Shown here: positions 33,601 to 45,726 of the stretch, piece after piece
Layout of the letters: every line of letters begins with the position of its first letter
How positions within the stretch are numbered: position 1 is the stretch's first letter
Virus record (IMG/VR): IMGVR_UViG_3300045988_118866
Span: 74,950-138,949 of that record
Source: a virus
Length of the DNA: 64,000 bases
Reading direction: 5' to 3' (one strand)
Made by a program: the position numbers and the translations under genes
The notes under the pieces: model-generated
What the model saw: the letters and a program-made list of their open reading frames with translations, nothing else
Database searches by the model: none
What the model was told of the DNA's origin: nothing

Positions 33601-36600
33601 GCTGCTGAATTAGTCGGAATAATATATTTATATTCTTCATCTAAATCTAAAGCGATGATAGGACGCTCTCCCTATACAGCATAACTACCTGGGAATAAAG
33701 AAGGATCTGTTTTATACCATTTATCAACAACATCACTTTTTTTAGAAGAAGTACCAGATTCTTTCTTAAAAATTTGTTTTACTTGGCTCTAATCATAAGA
33801 TCCATTTGGCTTACCCATTAATTGTTTATACTTATCAATAATTTTACTCTTAAAGAAAGTATAGAAGTTATTCCATAATACACTATCGTTAGTAGAATAG
33901 CTACCATCTTCAGTAGCATCAACATAATATTCAAATGATGGAATACCAGTATTGTTAATACCTAATTGAGTATCAATATCATAAAAAATAGGATACCAAA
34001 TATAATGCTGAATTCCAGTAACTTTTTCAACATTTCCTTTTTGCGGTCCCCAAGAAGCAAACATCGCATTTTTACCACGAGAGTCATAACATTCAAAAAT
34101 TTCAGTCATTAAAAAATAAGTTGCTAAATACTCAATATTAAAATAATTACTTAATTCATTTTTGAATTTGGCTTGACGATATTCTTTACTATCTTTTGTA
34201 TAAGTAACTGAATTATAAGTTACTGGTGTAGATAATAACCATTTATCATCAATTTGATTTTCATCTTCAATAAAAGAATAATAAGTGGTATAAGGATTAT
34301 ATTTTTCAGAATCTAGAACATAAATTTTATTATCCTAATCCTATAAAATATAATATTTATTTATCTAATAAATTTTATTATCATCATCAGTTAATTTAAT
34401 TATGCTATAAACTTTACTGTCTTTATTATAAACATAATACTTTTCTTCTGAATCAAATTTTTCTGTAGCAATTTTATAAGTTTCGCTACCGCTTTCATCA
34501 ACTTTATCAAATAAATAATATTTATTTGGTTCATATTTAGCTTCGGCTAAATCTATTTCTTCATACTTACCCATTGAAGGAATTTCATATAAAGTTCCAT
34601 CAAAATCAATACTACAATCTAAACAAGTGCTCCAAACCCAACTTACGGCATCCTCCCAATTTGACATTAACGCAAGAAGTAATTCACGAGAAGTATTTCT
34701 ATTTTTCATATCGAATATAACAGGATCTTGTCCTGGATTTGTGATAGTCCACTATTTATGTTTAGTTCCTGTAGTTTCATCGACAATTGTTTCTGATTTT
34801 AATCTACTTGGAACTGTATTATTTATTCCATCAGTAAATTCAATTATTTTATCTGTATCTGTAGCTTCCGCAGAAACACAGTTAAATAATTTATCTGCGA
34901 TTAAATCATCATTAGAATTATATCTAACTTCAAAAGAATCGGCAACCATTGGAGCTCCACCAGAAGTTAAATAGCCTGTTGAATTATTATCATCCATTAA
35001 CGGAGGTCTAAAAGATAATTTATATCTATTCCAAGGATCACGGAAAGAACAATACGTTCTTGAATTATTCTAAAATTCCCAACATTCGGTGATATCTCTT
35101 ACCCTTGGAGTTCCTTCAATCTAATTCTATAAAACTTTTTTGTTAGGTTTAAACCCATAACATTCGTCGGAGCCTTTATCCAATAACATATTATATTTTC
35201 CAATATAAATGATATCATTTTCGCTATATTCATTATCATCAGTAGAAGGCCAATGGAAAGCTAAAACAGGGTATCCCTTTACAGAAGTTCTATAATCATC
35301 AATATCTCCATACAAGTCATATTTATCAAAAGAATTTTGATAATCTTCCACTGGATGCTTAGAATAAGTTTCATTAACTAAATTGGCGAATCCTCTATTA
35401 TAATCTCCAGAAGATTCCATGAAGTCAATCTTTAAAGTAAATTTAGTAGTGCCAACAGTATTGTTATCCATGTAAAAGAATTCAAGATAACTTTTACTTT
35501 TTGTATTTAGACTATCATTAGCTTCTTCTTCTTTATAAATAGATTCAAAAGGTCCTCTATTCATAAACATAGCTTCTTTACATTTAGCTTTGTAATTACG
35601 TCTTGGATAATTACGTGAAGAAGTTCCCTAAACCTAAAATGTTGCTCCGTCAAAAAGAGTGATAAAGCTAGGACAATGATGTAAATAATAATTCTATACC
35701 GCAGTATAAATTACTTCATTAGTCTTACTATCTACAACCGGTTTCCAACCTTCTTTTTCAACTATCTTATCAAGCTCACCTTTAGCATAAGCAGTATCTA
35801 ATGGAACATTTACGAATTCCATAGTTCCCTTTTGAGCACCATTATCTTTAGAGTAGGGAAGTCTATTATCCGTACTTTCACTATTGTTTTTAGTAGTCTT
35901 TAAAATAATATATGGCATTAATGGTTTATCAGTGTGTCCAATATTATAATCAAGCATTTTACGATAAGAAAATACATAATCGTTTAAAATAGTATTATAA
36001 TCATACAAATCTTTCTAGTCCCATTGATTAATGTCTTTTTTATCAAAAGCATAATTCTAAACTACATCAGGAATAGTTAAACTAGCATCATAAACTCTAA
36101 TACTATAAATATCAATATCACAAGTATTAGACATAAATTTAATAACATCAGAGTCAACTGTCCAAGCAGAACTACCAGAACGACGAGCTACGCTTGTTAA
36201 TACTCCATTTAAGAAAATTTCTAATAACTTAGAATCTCCACCAGTATGACTAGATTTAGAGCTTGTATAAACAAATGTTAAATATAACATTTCATCTTCT
36301 ACAAAATCGACTGAGACGGTTTCTTCATCACCGTTAGCAGTAAATGTAGCATCTTGTGGGCTAAAATAAATACCCAAAGGACTTTTTAAAGATCCATAAG
36401 CACAAACAAGATTATTTAAATTGAAATCTTGAGCTAAACCATTATAAGTCAATTCATCATAACTTGGAGCTTCTGGATGTTCTGGTAAATATTTTTTTGT
36501 TAAAAATTCATCATAATTAACATAAGTAGTCTAATCTTTAAATGCATTCCAAGCATCTTTATCAGTCCAAGACTTTCCAGATTCATCGCTTGCTTTATAA

Positions 36601-38324
36601 CGAGTATATTTAGTAATTACTTTAGAATAATTTTGTGGGTTTCTAATTTTAAATTGAATTTCAATACTGTGTGTAGGAGTGGAAGAACTATTATCAAAAG
36701 ACAATTGTCCAATAGGAATAGAAACTTCAGCACCATTACTAACTCTTAAACAAGTAGTATTGTTATCATCAAAAACCCAACCATTATTATACCAGTTAAA
36801 GTTTTTAAATTTTGCGTATTTACCATTAATTTCTAATGTTTCACGACTTAATTTGCTCTCAGAATTAGAACGTCCAGTAGCAACGAAATTAACTTTTAAA
36901 TCATTACTTCTAGCTAATTCCATATTCCTTAATGGGTCTATTTTAATTATAAAAGTAAAATTACGAGAATAATCATATGGCTCAGTTCCTACTTTAATTG
37001 TATAATAAGAACTGTCATTAACAGAAAGATTAGTAATTTCCCAGTATTGCCATACAGTCTAATCAGCAATTTCACGAGTACTTAATAAAACACCATTTTT
37101 ATATAAGCTAACTTTTGCGGTCGTCACATTAGGATCATATACTCTGAAAGGAATTTTAATAGTTTCATAAGTGTAATATTCTGTTTTAAAATCACCAGTC
37201 CAGATCAAAGGAGTTTTACTACTTCTATCTAAAATAACAATTTCTTTTTCAATAAAATCAGTACCATTTCCTTTTTCACCACTGTTAACTAAATAAAGTT
37301 TAGCCTTAATAGTATGTTCTCCATGAAGAAAATAGTTTGCTAAAGTCATTGTAGAATCATTATTATTATTTAAAATAACAGTATTTTTTGTTATAGTAAT
37401 ACTATCTTCATTTCTGGTATTGGTGCTACTATACTCTTTATCTAAAATTAAATAATTATCAAAATAAACTTCAATAGCACTATTTACTTTATCAGACATT
37501 AGCCAAGTAACATTAATTTGGCCATTATCAAAAGGTAAATCATTATTAAATTTGCTTTCTTGCCATTGAAGAGTTAATTCATGTGTAGTTACGAATTGAG
37601 TCTTTTTAGTAGTAGAAAAATGATTATTAGTGGGATCACTATTCTTACTAACAATAAACTCAATTTCATGTGTAGAAGAATTTCTTAAATAAGCAGAAAT
37701 ATCAGTAGTAATTGGTTTATTATGTTGATAAGTTTTTGCTTCACTATAAATATCTTCCCAAGAACCATCACTCTTTTTCTATCTAATAGTTAAAATACCT
37801 TCGACAGAATCAAGAACTGGTTCTCCATTTATTGTTCTACATTTTACGAGTGCGGTTACGCTTACTGATTCACCATTAAGTACATCAGTAGGACCGTCTA
37901 AGGTTAAGGAAACAGTACCATTTACCTTAACTTCTTGATCCTGGTTTCCGCCACCTGCTAATAATTTTTCACAACTTGCGACTTCTTCTTTATCATCATT
38001 TAATTTAAATTCTTTAATGCGATAAAATGCTCCATCGCTATTTAAAATCAAATCATTTACATGAGGATTAGAACTTGATAAATTAGATAAACGAATTGAA
38101 TATCCGATTGGATTCTCATCCGCATCATAATCAATTCCGACGTCTTTTTCAGTTCCATAAATTACCTAAACGCCACTTGAGCCTATTGGTATTTTATTTT
38201 CAGTCGCAGTATCTAAATAAACTCGTCCGGTATCTGTTGCCACATAAAAATATCCATCAGTTTGTGGATATGCTTTTATCTTTTCTTCTGGACCCTAAAC
38301 GGGACGAAAATGTATTTTAGACAT
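30630..38324 (-). CDS. giant tail fibre/adhesin-like structural protein, about 2564 codons
   Basis: ATG at 38324, 8 nt after RBS aaaggagta. I scanned this frame codon by codon on the minus strand and found no TAA or TGA until the TGA at 30630. Fourteen ORF-track pieces (37779..38051 down to 31494..31883) all lie in this one frame, separated only by TAG. Confidence 0.55.
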
Positions 38325-38345
38325 AATTTACTCCTTTCTATCCTA

Positions 38346-38390
38346 AAAAAAATATGGGGAAAGAATATTTCATCTTTCCCCATAAAAACA
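38346..38390 (-). terminator. hairpin atggggaaaga-atatttc-tctttccccat flanked by A/T runs, immediately upstream of the giant ORF RBS
   Basis: 11-bp GC-containing stem; the T-run lies on the minus strand. Confidence 0.5.
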
Positions 38391-38442
38391 TTCTTCTATA
38401 TAAAATAGAAAAAATTATATTTATTATTAAATAGTATTGCCC

Positions 38443-40104
38443 TTAGAATGTTCCCCACTCCAACTCAAAACTAACTTTAGCATCATCAGCCGCAGTCGCC
38501 GCAGAAACATTAACCTTTAGGCTATTACTGGCGAAAACAAGTGGTTTGCCTTCAAGATCAGCACCAGCAACTTTAAGATTAGGAATTAAAGTATCAGTAC
38601 CATTTACCGTATAATCTGCATTAGCAATCTCTTGATGAGTATTTTTTACTGTAAAAGTCTTTTGAGTGGATTTAATTACATGACCTTGAGCATCAATTTC
38701 AGTTGGTTCATTAATAACAATAGTCTACTCATCAGCATAATCTTGAGAAATTGGAGCATTTACAGTTAAAGTATTACTATGTTTAATAGTAACTTCTTTA
38801 GAATTCGTAGGGTTATTACTTGAATCTTTTATAACTTTCGTCTCTAAAGTGATACCATTTTCGCCTTTAAGAGCATACTCTAAAAGTTCTTTAGTAGGAC
38901 CAAGTTTAATAATAAAACCAGTAGTGCTCTCATCTTTAGCTCCTTCAACCTCAGTAACAGGATCATCAGCAGAAGGAACATAAGTCCAGTTAATAGTGCC
39001 AGTAATAACTCCATCAACCTCTGTACCAGAAGCAATGATTAAATCACCAGGACGTAAATAATGACCGTTCCAAAGAGTATCTTCAGCTCCAGTATAAATA
39101 AAGGTATTGCCTTCAGCAATTTCAGTGATATCAGAACTATCATAAGTAATAGCTCCATCTTTAACTTGGAATCCGCCGCGGAATACCATAGCGTTGATAG
39201 TTCTAAGTTGATTATCAATATCTTGCTTACTATAAACTGGAAGAGTTAAAACACCATCTTTAAATTTATAACTACCATCCTTACCTTCTAAAGCAATTTC
39301 TGGATCAATATCAGCAGATAAAGTTGTGCTATTACTAGTTCCTTCAACGCCAGGACCGCTAATAGAAGCGGTAAAACCAGTACCAGTAGCGTGATTAATT
39401 ACATTGATATCATTAACTGCTTTATCGACACTTAAAGTATAATTACCCGCAGAGTTTTCGGCAATATTAACATTACTACCGGCGATAATATTAAAATTAC
39501 CCGCATCAGTATCAGCATTTTTTAAATTAACATTTAAAGTTTTTTTACTTAAAGAAGAACTTAATTGATAATTAACTCCTGTTAAACTAAGTTTAATAGT
39601 GTCTACACCTTTATCATTAGTTGCAGGAATTACTTCAACTTGAATATAATCACTACCAATAATATCATAAGTCTCAGTAATAACGTTACCACTACTATCA
39701 GCAATAGTATTAGTTATAGAAGCTCCATTGGCATTATTGGGACTAGTATTTACTGACACATTACTATTCTTTTTATCAGTATCCAAAACAGTATCAGTAT
39801 TTGTTTGAATCCAGCCTTTACCATTATTAATACATAAAATATTTTTATCTTTTACATAATAAAATTCGCCTGCTGTATTTTGACTAAAACTTTGAGGCAA
39901 ACCTGCGGTAGTATCAACTACATTAATACCTTGATTTACAGGAACACAATTATTTTCATCTACACCATAATAAAGACGGCTTGGTTTTTTATAGTCTTCA
40001 GCGGACTTATTGTCATTAATTACTAAATAAAACGCACCAGGTTTATATCTACCTGCCACCTTTTCAAATTCGGCTTGAGAGCCTTTTAAAAACTTAACGT
40101 TCAA
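38443..40104 (-). CDS. tail fibre-like protein (553 aa)
   Basis: TTG at 40104, 7 nt after RBS aaaggagtg, with TGA upstream in frame. Fibre-type N-terminus MNVKFLKGSQAEFEKV...GAFYLV. TAG at 38725; TAA at 38443. Confidence 0.6.
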
Positions 40105-40220
40105 TCTTTTTCACTCCTTTAAATATCAGCCCAAGAAACAGTTTGTTCAACTGCTTCAACACGAGTTACCAAATTATCAGGACCTTTATCTACTAAATAT
40201 TTATTAGCTATATTAATTGT

Positions 40221-40700
40221 TTCAATATCTCCCTAAGTTAATGTTCCTACTGGCATATCAATCCATGTACCAGCATCGGTAAGAATATGTTTTCCTTTAG
40301 TTTCGTGTAAAGAAACTGGGACTAAGCCTGGAACTGTACCCTTAAAAACAGGAGCTAACTTAGCTAAATTTTCTTCCGTAGATAATTTTTCAACAATAGA
40401 ATTAATTAAAGTCTCATTATTTTCTAAACCCTAATTAACCCATTTTTTTTGTTCTTCATCATAAATTAAAACTTGATTTGTTTTAACTTCATTAAGAACA
40501 ATATCACTTAAATCGCTTAACTTACCCGCGGAACTAATTCCACCGCAAATTAGACGACTACCTAAATAAAGTTCTCCAGAAGAATCATTTTCCTCATAAA
40601 TAAAATATAAAGTATCATTGTCTCTTTTAGCCCCTAAACTTTCAAAAGCAGTTTTAGAACCTCTGACAAATTTTACATATTTATTTAATGTATTAGGCAA
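40221..40700 (-). CDS. short tail fibre-like / fibre-assembly protein (159 aa)
   Basis: TTG at 40700, 6 nt after RBS agaaaggag. N-terminus KFVRGSKTAFESL...GELYLG is the same motif family as genes 38443..40104 and 26967..27941. TGA at 40221. Confidence 0.5.
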
Positions 40701-40750
40701 GATAATCGACTCCTTTCTATTATTTATAAAATCTTTTTAATCAATACTAA

Positions 40751-40780
40751 AAGGGTTTGGCCTATTAAGACCAAACCCTT
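40751..40780. terminator. hairpin aagggtttgg-cctattaaga-ccaaaccctt
   Basis: 10-bp GC-rich stem directly after the TAA (40789) of gene 40789..43059. Confidence 0.55.
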
Positions 40781-40788
40781 TATTTAAA

Positions 40789-43059
40789 TTAAGTTGTTTC
40801 AGATGGAGTATCAGTATTGTTTGAATTTTTCTTTAAAGCATCAACATCAGTTCTTAATCCAGTAATTAAATCATTTAATTCTGTATCTTTATCCTATAAT
40901 GCTTTAATAGTTTTATTCAATTCCGCGTTTTTATTTTGTAAAGCTACAATTAAATCAAACATTCCTGCTACCGTTTTAGCTCCATTATCTCCAGAAGTCG
41001 CATTGTATGTAAGACCACGGACCGCGCTTTCATTTAATTTGCCACTTGCTAAAGTATTTATATCAGCTAATGTGCCAGTATAGCCACCTAAAAGATTAGT
41101 TTTTAAAGTATTTAAACTACTCATAGTAGCAACTTTATTACTACTACTATAAGTTCCATCAAAAGTAATAGGTAAATCACTTTCTTGTAAAGCGCTTCTT
41201 GAAACGGTTATTAAACCATCTTTCTCTTCTACTGCCGTAACAAATTGTTTATCTACTTTATTATCAGCTTTGTCTAATTTATCAATAGCCTATTTAACAC
41301 TATAAGCAACTGAATTGGTTGTAGATACAGTTCCATTCAATACATCAATTTTATCACTTAAATTGCTAATGCTATCTCTATCAGCATTAATTCCCTATCT
41401 TAATCCATAAAGAGTTGGAATAGTATCTTTACCAAAACTATTATTAGATTGGCCTAATAAAGTATTATATTTACTATCACTATTATCAATCAACTTACTG
41501 ATACTATCATTAAGAGTTGTATCTTTAGTAATAGTATTTAATTTATCGTTAATAATATACCCTTCGCCTAATGCTAAAGTTCCTAAGTAAGATTTCTCAC
41601 TACTTAAAGCTCCAGTAGTATCAGTAAAACTTAAAGAAGTAAAAACATTACCTTCTTTACTATTAGTATAAGAACCTTTTGGAATACTAACTGAAAATGT
41701 TTCTTCTTTTACAATATGTCCCGCTCTATCAGTAAATAATTTAGGTAAAGTAATAGAAGAACCAAAAGTACCAAAATCAACATCTTTACCATAACTTTTT
41801 GATGCTTTACTTACATTCAAATTATTATGAATAATTTTAATAACTCCATTATTTTTTTCAATATTAGCATCTACTGAAATCAAATTATCTCCTTCGATAG
41901 TTGCAGATTTCATATAATTATCATTAATATCATTATCAGTTTCAGTAGAAAAATAAATAAGCTTATTAGTATCTAATTTATCTAAACTCATTTTTCTATT
42001 AAGGGTATTTAAAGCACCTTTAATATTAGTTTTATCAAAATTAGTAGCGGAATCATCGCGATTTTGACCATAAAGCAAGTCATAGGTATCACATACCACA
42101 TTACCAAGAGCAGGAAGCTTTACAACAAGAGATTTGCGATCGTAGCCGTCTTCGATCGGCTCACCAACAACATTATCCTATTCTACATTATAATAAAATC
42201 TATATCCTGACTAACTTAATTTATAATTAATAGTATTTTCTGTCGTATTATCATAAGAGCGTTTTGTCTTACTAAATCCTTCTTTATTATAATAAATATT
42301 ATTATCGTCTAAATCAAGCTGGAAATTAGTAGGAACTCTTAATTTATAAAGTAAATTTGTGCTACTTTGATCTGTGGTTATCGCAGGTCCAAGTTCACTT
42401 TCTAAATAGTAAACGCGCCCCTCGGTTTTAGTATCGCTATTATCTAATTTATAATGACTATCAGCTTCATCATAATAATAATATTTACCTGGCTAATATA
42501 CAACGCTAGCATCATCAACTGCTACATATGGATCTTGAGGAAGTAATGGATAAATTGAAAAATTTGGAACAACAGTATTTAATTCAGCAATCTAAACATA
42601 AGTCTCTTGATTATTGATATATTGTTTTATCCAAACTGTAGAATCATAACCGCGACCATAAACAGGATAGTCTATTTGATAATTTAAATTATACTATTCA
42701 TCATCAACTCTATCATTAGTAATTCTAGTGAGATATTTCCACTCTTTAGTCCCACTCGCGGTTACATTTCCCACATATAAATACCATTGGTTGCTTCTTT
42801 TAACTTTTACTAATTTTCCATTTTCACATAAAATAATATGAGAATCACTTCTATCAGAAGGATCATCATACATAATTTTATTATCAAGATATCCTACTAA
42901 ATATTGAGTGGCGGGAAGACCATATTCAACTAAAACATAGCGTCCTAAAAATATACCATCACTCGTACAGCTATTATCCATTTGAAGTCTATTACTGTAA
43001 ATTTTATCAAAAGTAAAGGTTGTTTTTGAAGTATTAGTTATATTACCATAAAAACCCAT
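40789..43059 (-). CDS. large tail structural protein (757 codons)
   Basis: ATG at 43059, 7 nt after RBS gaggaggg. I scanned the frame with no TAA/TGA until 40789. It contains ORF-track pieces 42694..43065, 41395..42099 and 40894..41124. Confidence 0.55.
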
Positions 43060-43061
43060 TA

Positions 43062-43406
43062 TCAACCCTCCTCAAATAAATAATCTATAATAAGATATGC
43101 TTCTTGATTTTGATTAATCAAATTCATAGAGCTTCTATCGAATTTAATCAAATTAATAGTAGAAATACCTTCTAAGTCTAATTCATAAATACCAGTATTT
43201 CCAACAATAATAGCATTAGTGCTATCATTTAAATAAAATTTCGTTCCTGGCAAAGTCTAAATGCCTAATTGAGTAATTAATACATTTTGGTTATTATTTT
43301 TAAATGCGGTTCCTGTAATTAATTTACTCATATTAACATCACTTGGATAGTTCTTAGAATTAAGACCTTCACCATAATAACGAATTTGTCTTATCTTTCT
43401 TGCCAT
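43062..43406 (-). CDS. small structural protein (114 aa)
   Basis: ATG at 43406 follows RBS aaggagga. Its TGA at 43062 overlaps the RBS of the next gene. Confidence 0.45.
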
Positions 43407-43419
43407 TTAGTGGTCCTCC

Positions 43420-45726
43420 TTAATATACTCTTGATATTGCTTTGGTGGCACTAATAGACATTGAACCATTATAAGTTAATGGAATAGTTATTTTATTAAC
43501 TAAATATTCTCCTTCAACGCCACTTCTTTTATCTTCAATATAAATTCTATTATTAGGTTCTAAATAATAAACTGGAATAGTAGAAATTGAAACGCTTTCC
43601 GCACAGTAAGCAGTCGTGTAAAGCAAATCCTCAATCTCATCAACTGCACTTTTACCCTTAGAGCTAATTTTAAAGTAATTATCATATCCAGAAGGAATAT
43701 TAATCCAAATATATCCACTTTCTGTTGGATAGTTATTCTAAATAATAGAATCATAATCAGTCTATGTCATAAATAATACATCAGGTGTATCTCTATAACA
43801 TATAACTTTTACATTAGTATCATTAATTGCTTTTGTTCTATCTCCAATTAATTGGACTGAATATTTAGCAATATCCGCATTTTCTTCCCCAATAAAATCA
43901 AACCAGAAATTTAAATTTTCAGGATTATTCTTTACTTCTTCCTTGAAATCTAACTTATCATAATCGTAAATATCTCTCCAAAAAGAGAATAAATCTACGT
44001 AATAAGTCTCATAACCAGTTATTCCAGAAGGATAAAGGTCAGGATTGGCGGTCGCTACTTTACTGGTAAAATCATCTGCATAATTATATTGATAATAATC
44101 TACGGCCATACGATATAAAACTTCACGCCAATCGCAATAAATAACTCCCGGTTCATTTTCACTCTAATACCATTTATTTTTATAGGTTTTTTGTTCTAAT
44201 TGCGGATTCATAGTATCAAAAATATCATTATTATACATTGTAGATTTATATCTATTTATATCATTATCATTTACAATAATCGTAGTATACTAAATAGGCT
44301 TTTGATCTATCGCATATCTTAGATGGATAGGAATTTCAGCACCACTCGCGCTTTCTCTCTATCCCCAAATAGAAAAATCATTTCTTAGATTAGCAATCTA
44401 TGGAGTATTATTAAAAGAAATAACCGTCTATCCATCTCTAAAAGAATAAATTGAAGAAGAAGAATAAACCGCAGGTTCAATATAACTATCTCCATTAGAA
44501 TTATTTACTATGTTATTCCAAGATTGGTATTCATAAAATTTCTTTCGCTAAAAAATAAATCTACCATCTATATCATAATAATACTCGAAACAACTTAACA
44601 TATTTTTAATTTTGTCTAATACGCTAGTTATATTTTCACCGACACTAGTAATAAGTTCTCCTGCATAGACTAAATCACAAATACGATAACCAACTGTTTC
44701 ATTAGTTGTTCGACTTACAATAGTGTAAATAGTTCCGTTATTTACCAGTCTTACTTTAGTTGGCTCAGGAGCATCATCTAATAATTTATTACTATCTAAA
44801 TTATCAAATTTAATATTGCTTGTATCAGTTATTTTTACATTATTTACATCTAATAAATCTGGCAATGTCCCTATTGAAGCATTAACTATTCTATTAGTTT
44901 GCACGTCTTTAAAAAAATACATAGTTTCATCACATTTATTAGCTAATAATTCATAACCATATTGATCTAAATCATTAATAACTATATTACTTTCTTTTTC
45001 TTTACCATAAACTGTAAGAAGTTTTTTAACAATAGTCTAAATAGGAATTTGAATTAAATTTAAATAACTTTCTCTTAAATAATATTCTTTATTACTAAAT
45101 TCTTCTTCATCTAAAACATAATAAGTAGTTTGTTTATTCTAAGTAGAAATATAATAAACATTATATTTCTTAGCTTCTTCCTCACTATTGACAATATAGC
45201 AATATTTACCTTTTATGTAGTTGTCTTTGGTTATATTATCTTGTTTATTATAAGTATAAGTAATTATTTCTTCCTATCCAAAATCTATAGAAGCAGGTAA
45301 ATCTCCTCCCAAATCTCCATTCAGTAAGCACATTTTATCTTTACCTTGAATAGATATGCTATATGAGCTAGTACTTTGAGAAGTATTAAAAGAAGTAATT
45401 AAATAAATACCTTGATTAAACCAAATAATATCTGGATATTTACTGTCAATCTTATTTTCCAATCCAATAGCCAAACTAAATTTAGAATTTAAACCCCAAG
45501 AATACTGCCTATATAATTTCTCATTCGTCATCATAGTAAGGGAACAAGACCTGCGGACCGCAGATGTTCCATCAATATTAATCGATCCGCCGGTTATCTT
45601 GCCCTCTATGCTCTCTATTGGCAATTCATCAAATGTTAATAACTCAATACGAGCATAAACTACTTTATGTTTAAATTCATCTAACTTTTTAAGAAAGTCG
45701 GTATCATATTGTCTTTGAGTCTTCAT
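43420..45726 (-). CDS. large tail/baseplate structural protein (768 codons)
   Basis: ATG at 45726, with a scanned open frame to the TAA at 43420. ORF-track pieces 45274..45726, 44548..44922, 43762..44109 and 43420..43626 all lie in this frame. Confidence 0.55.
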
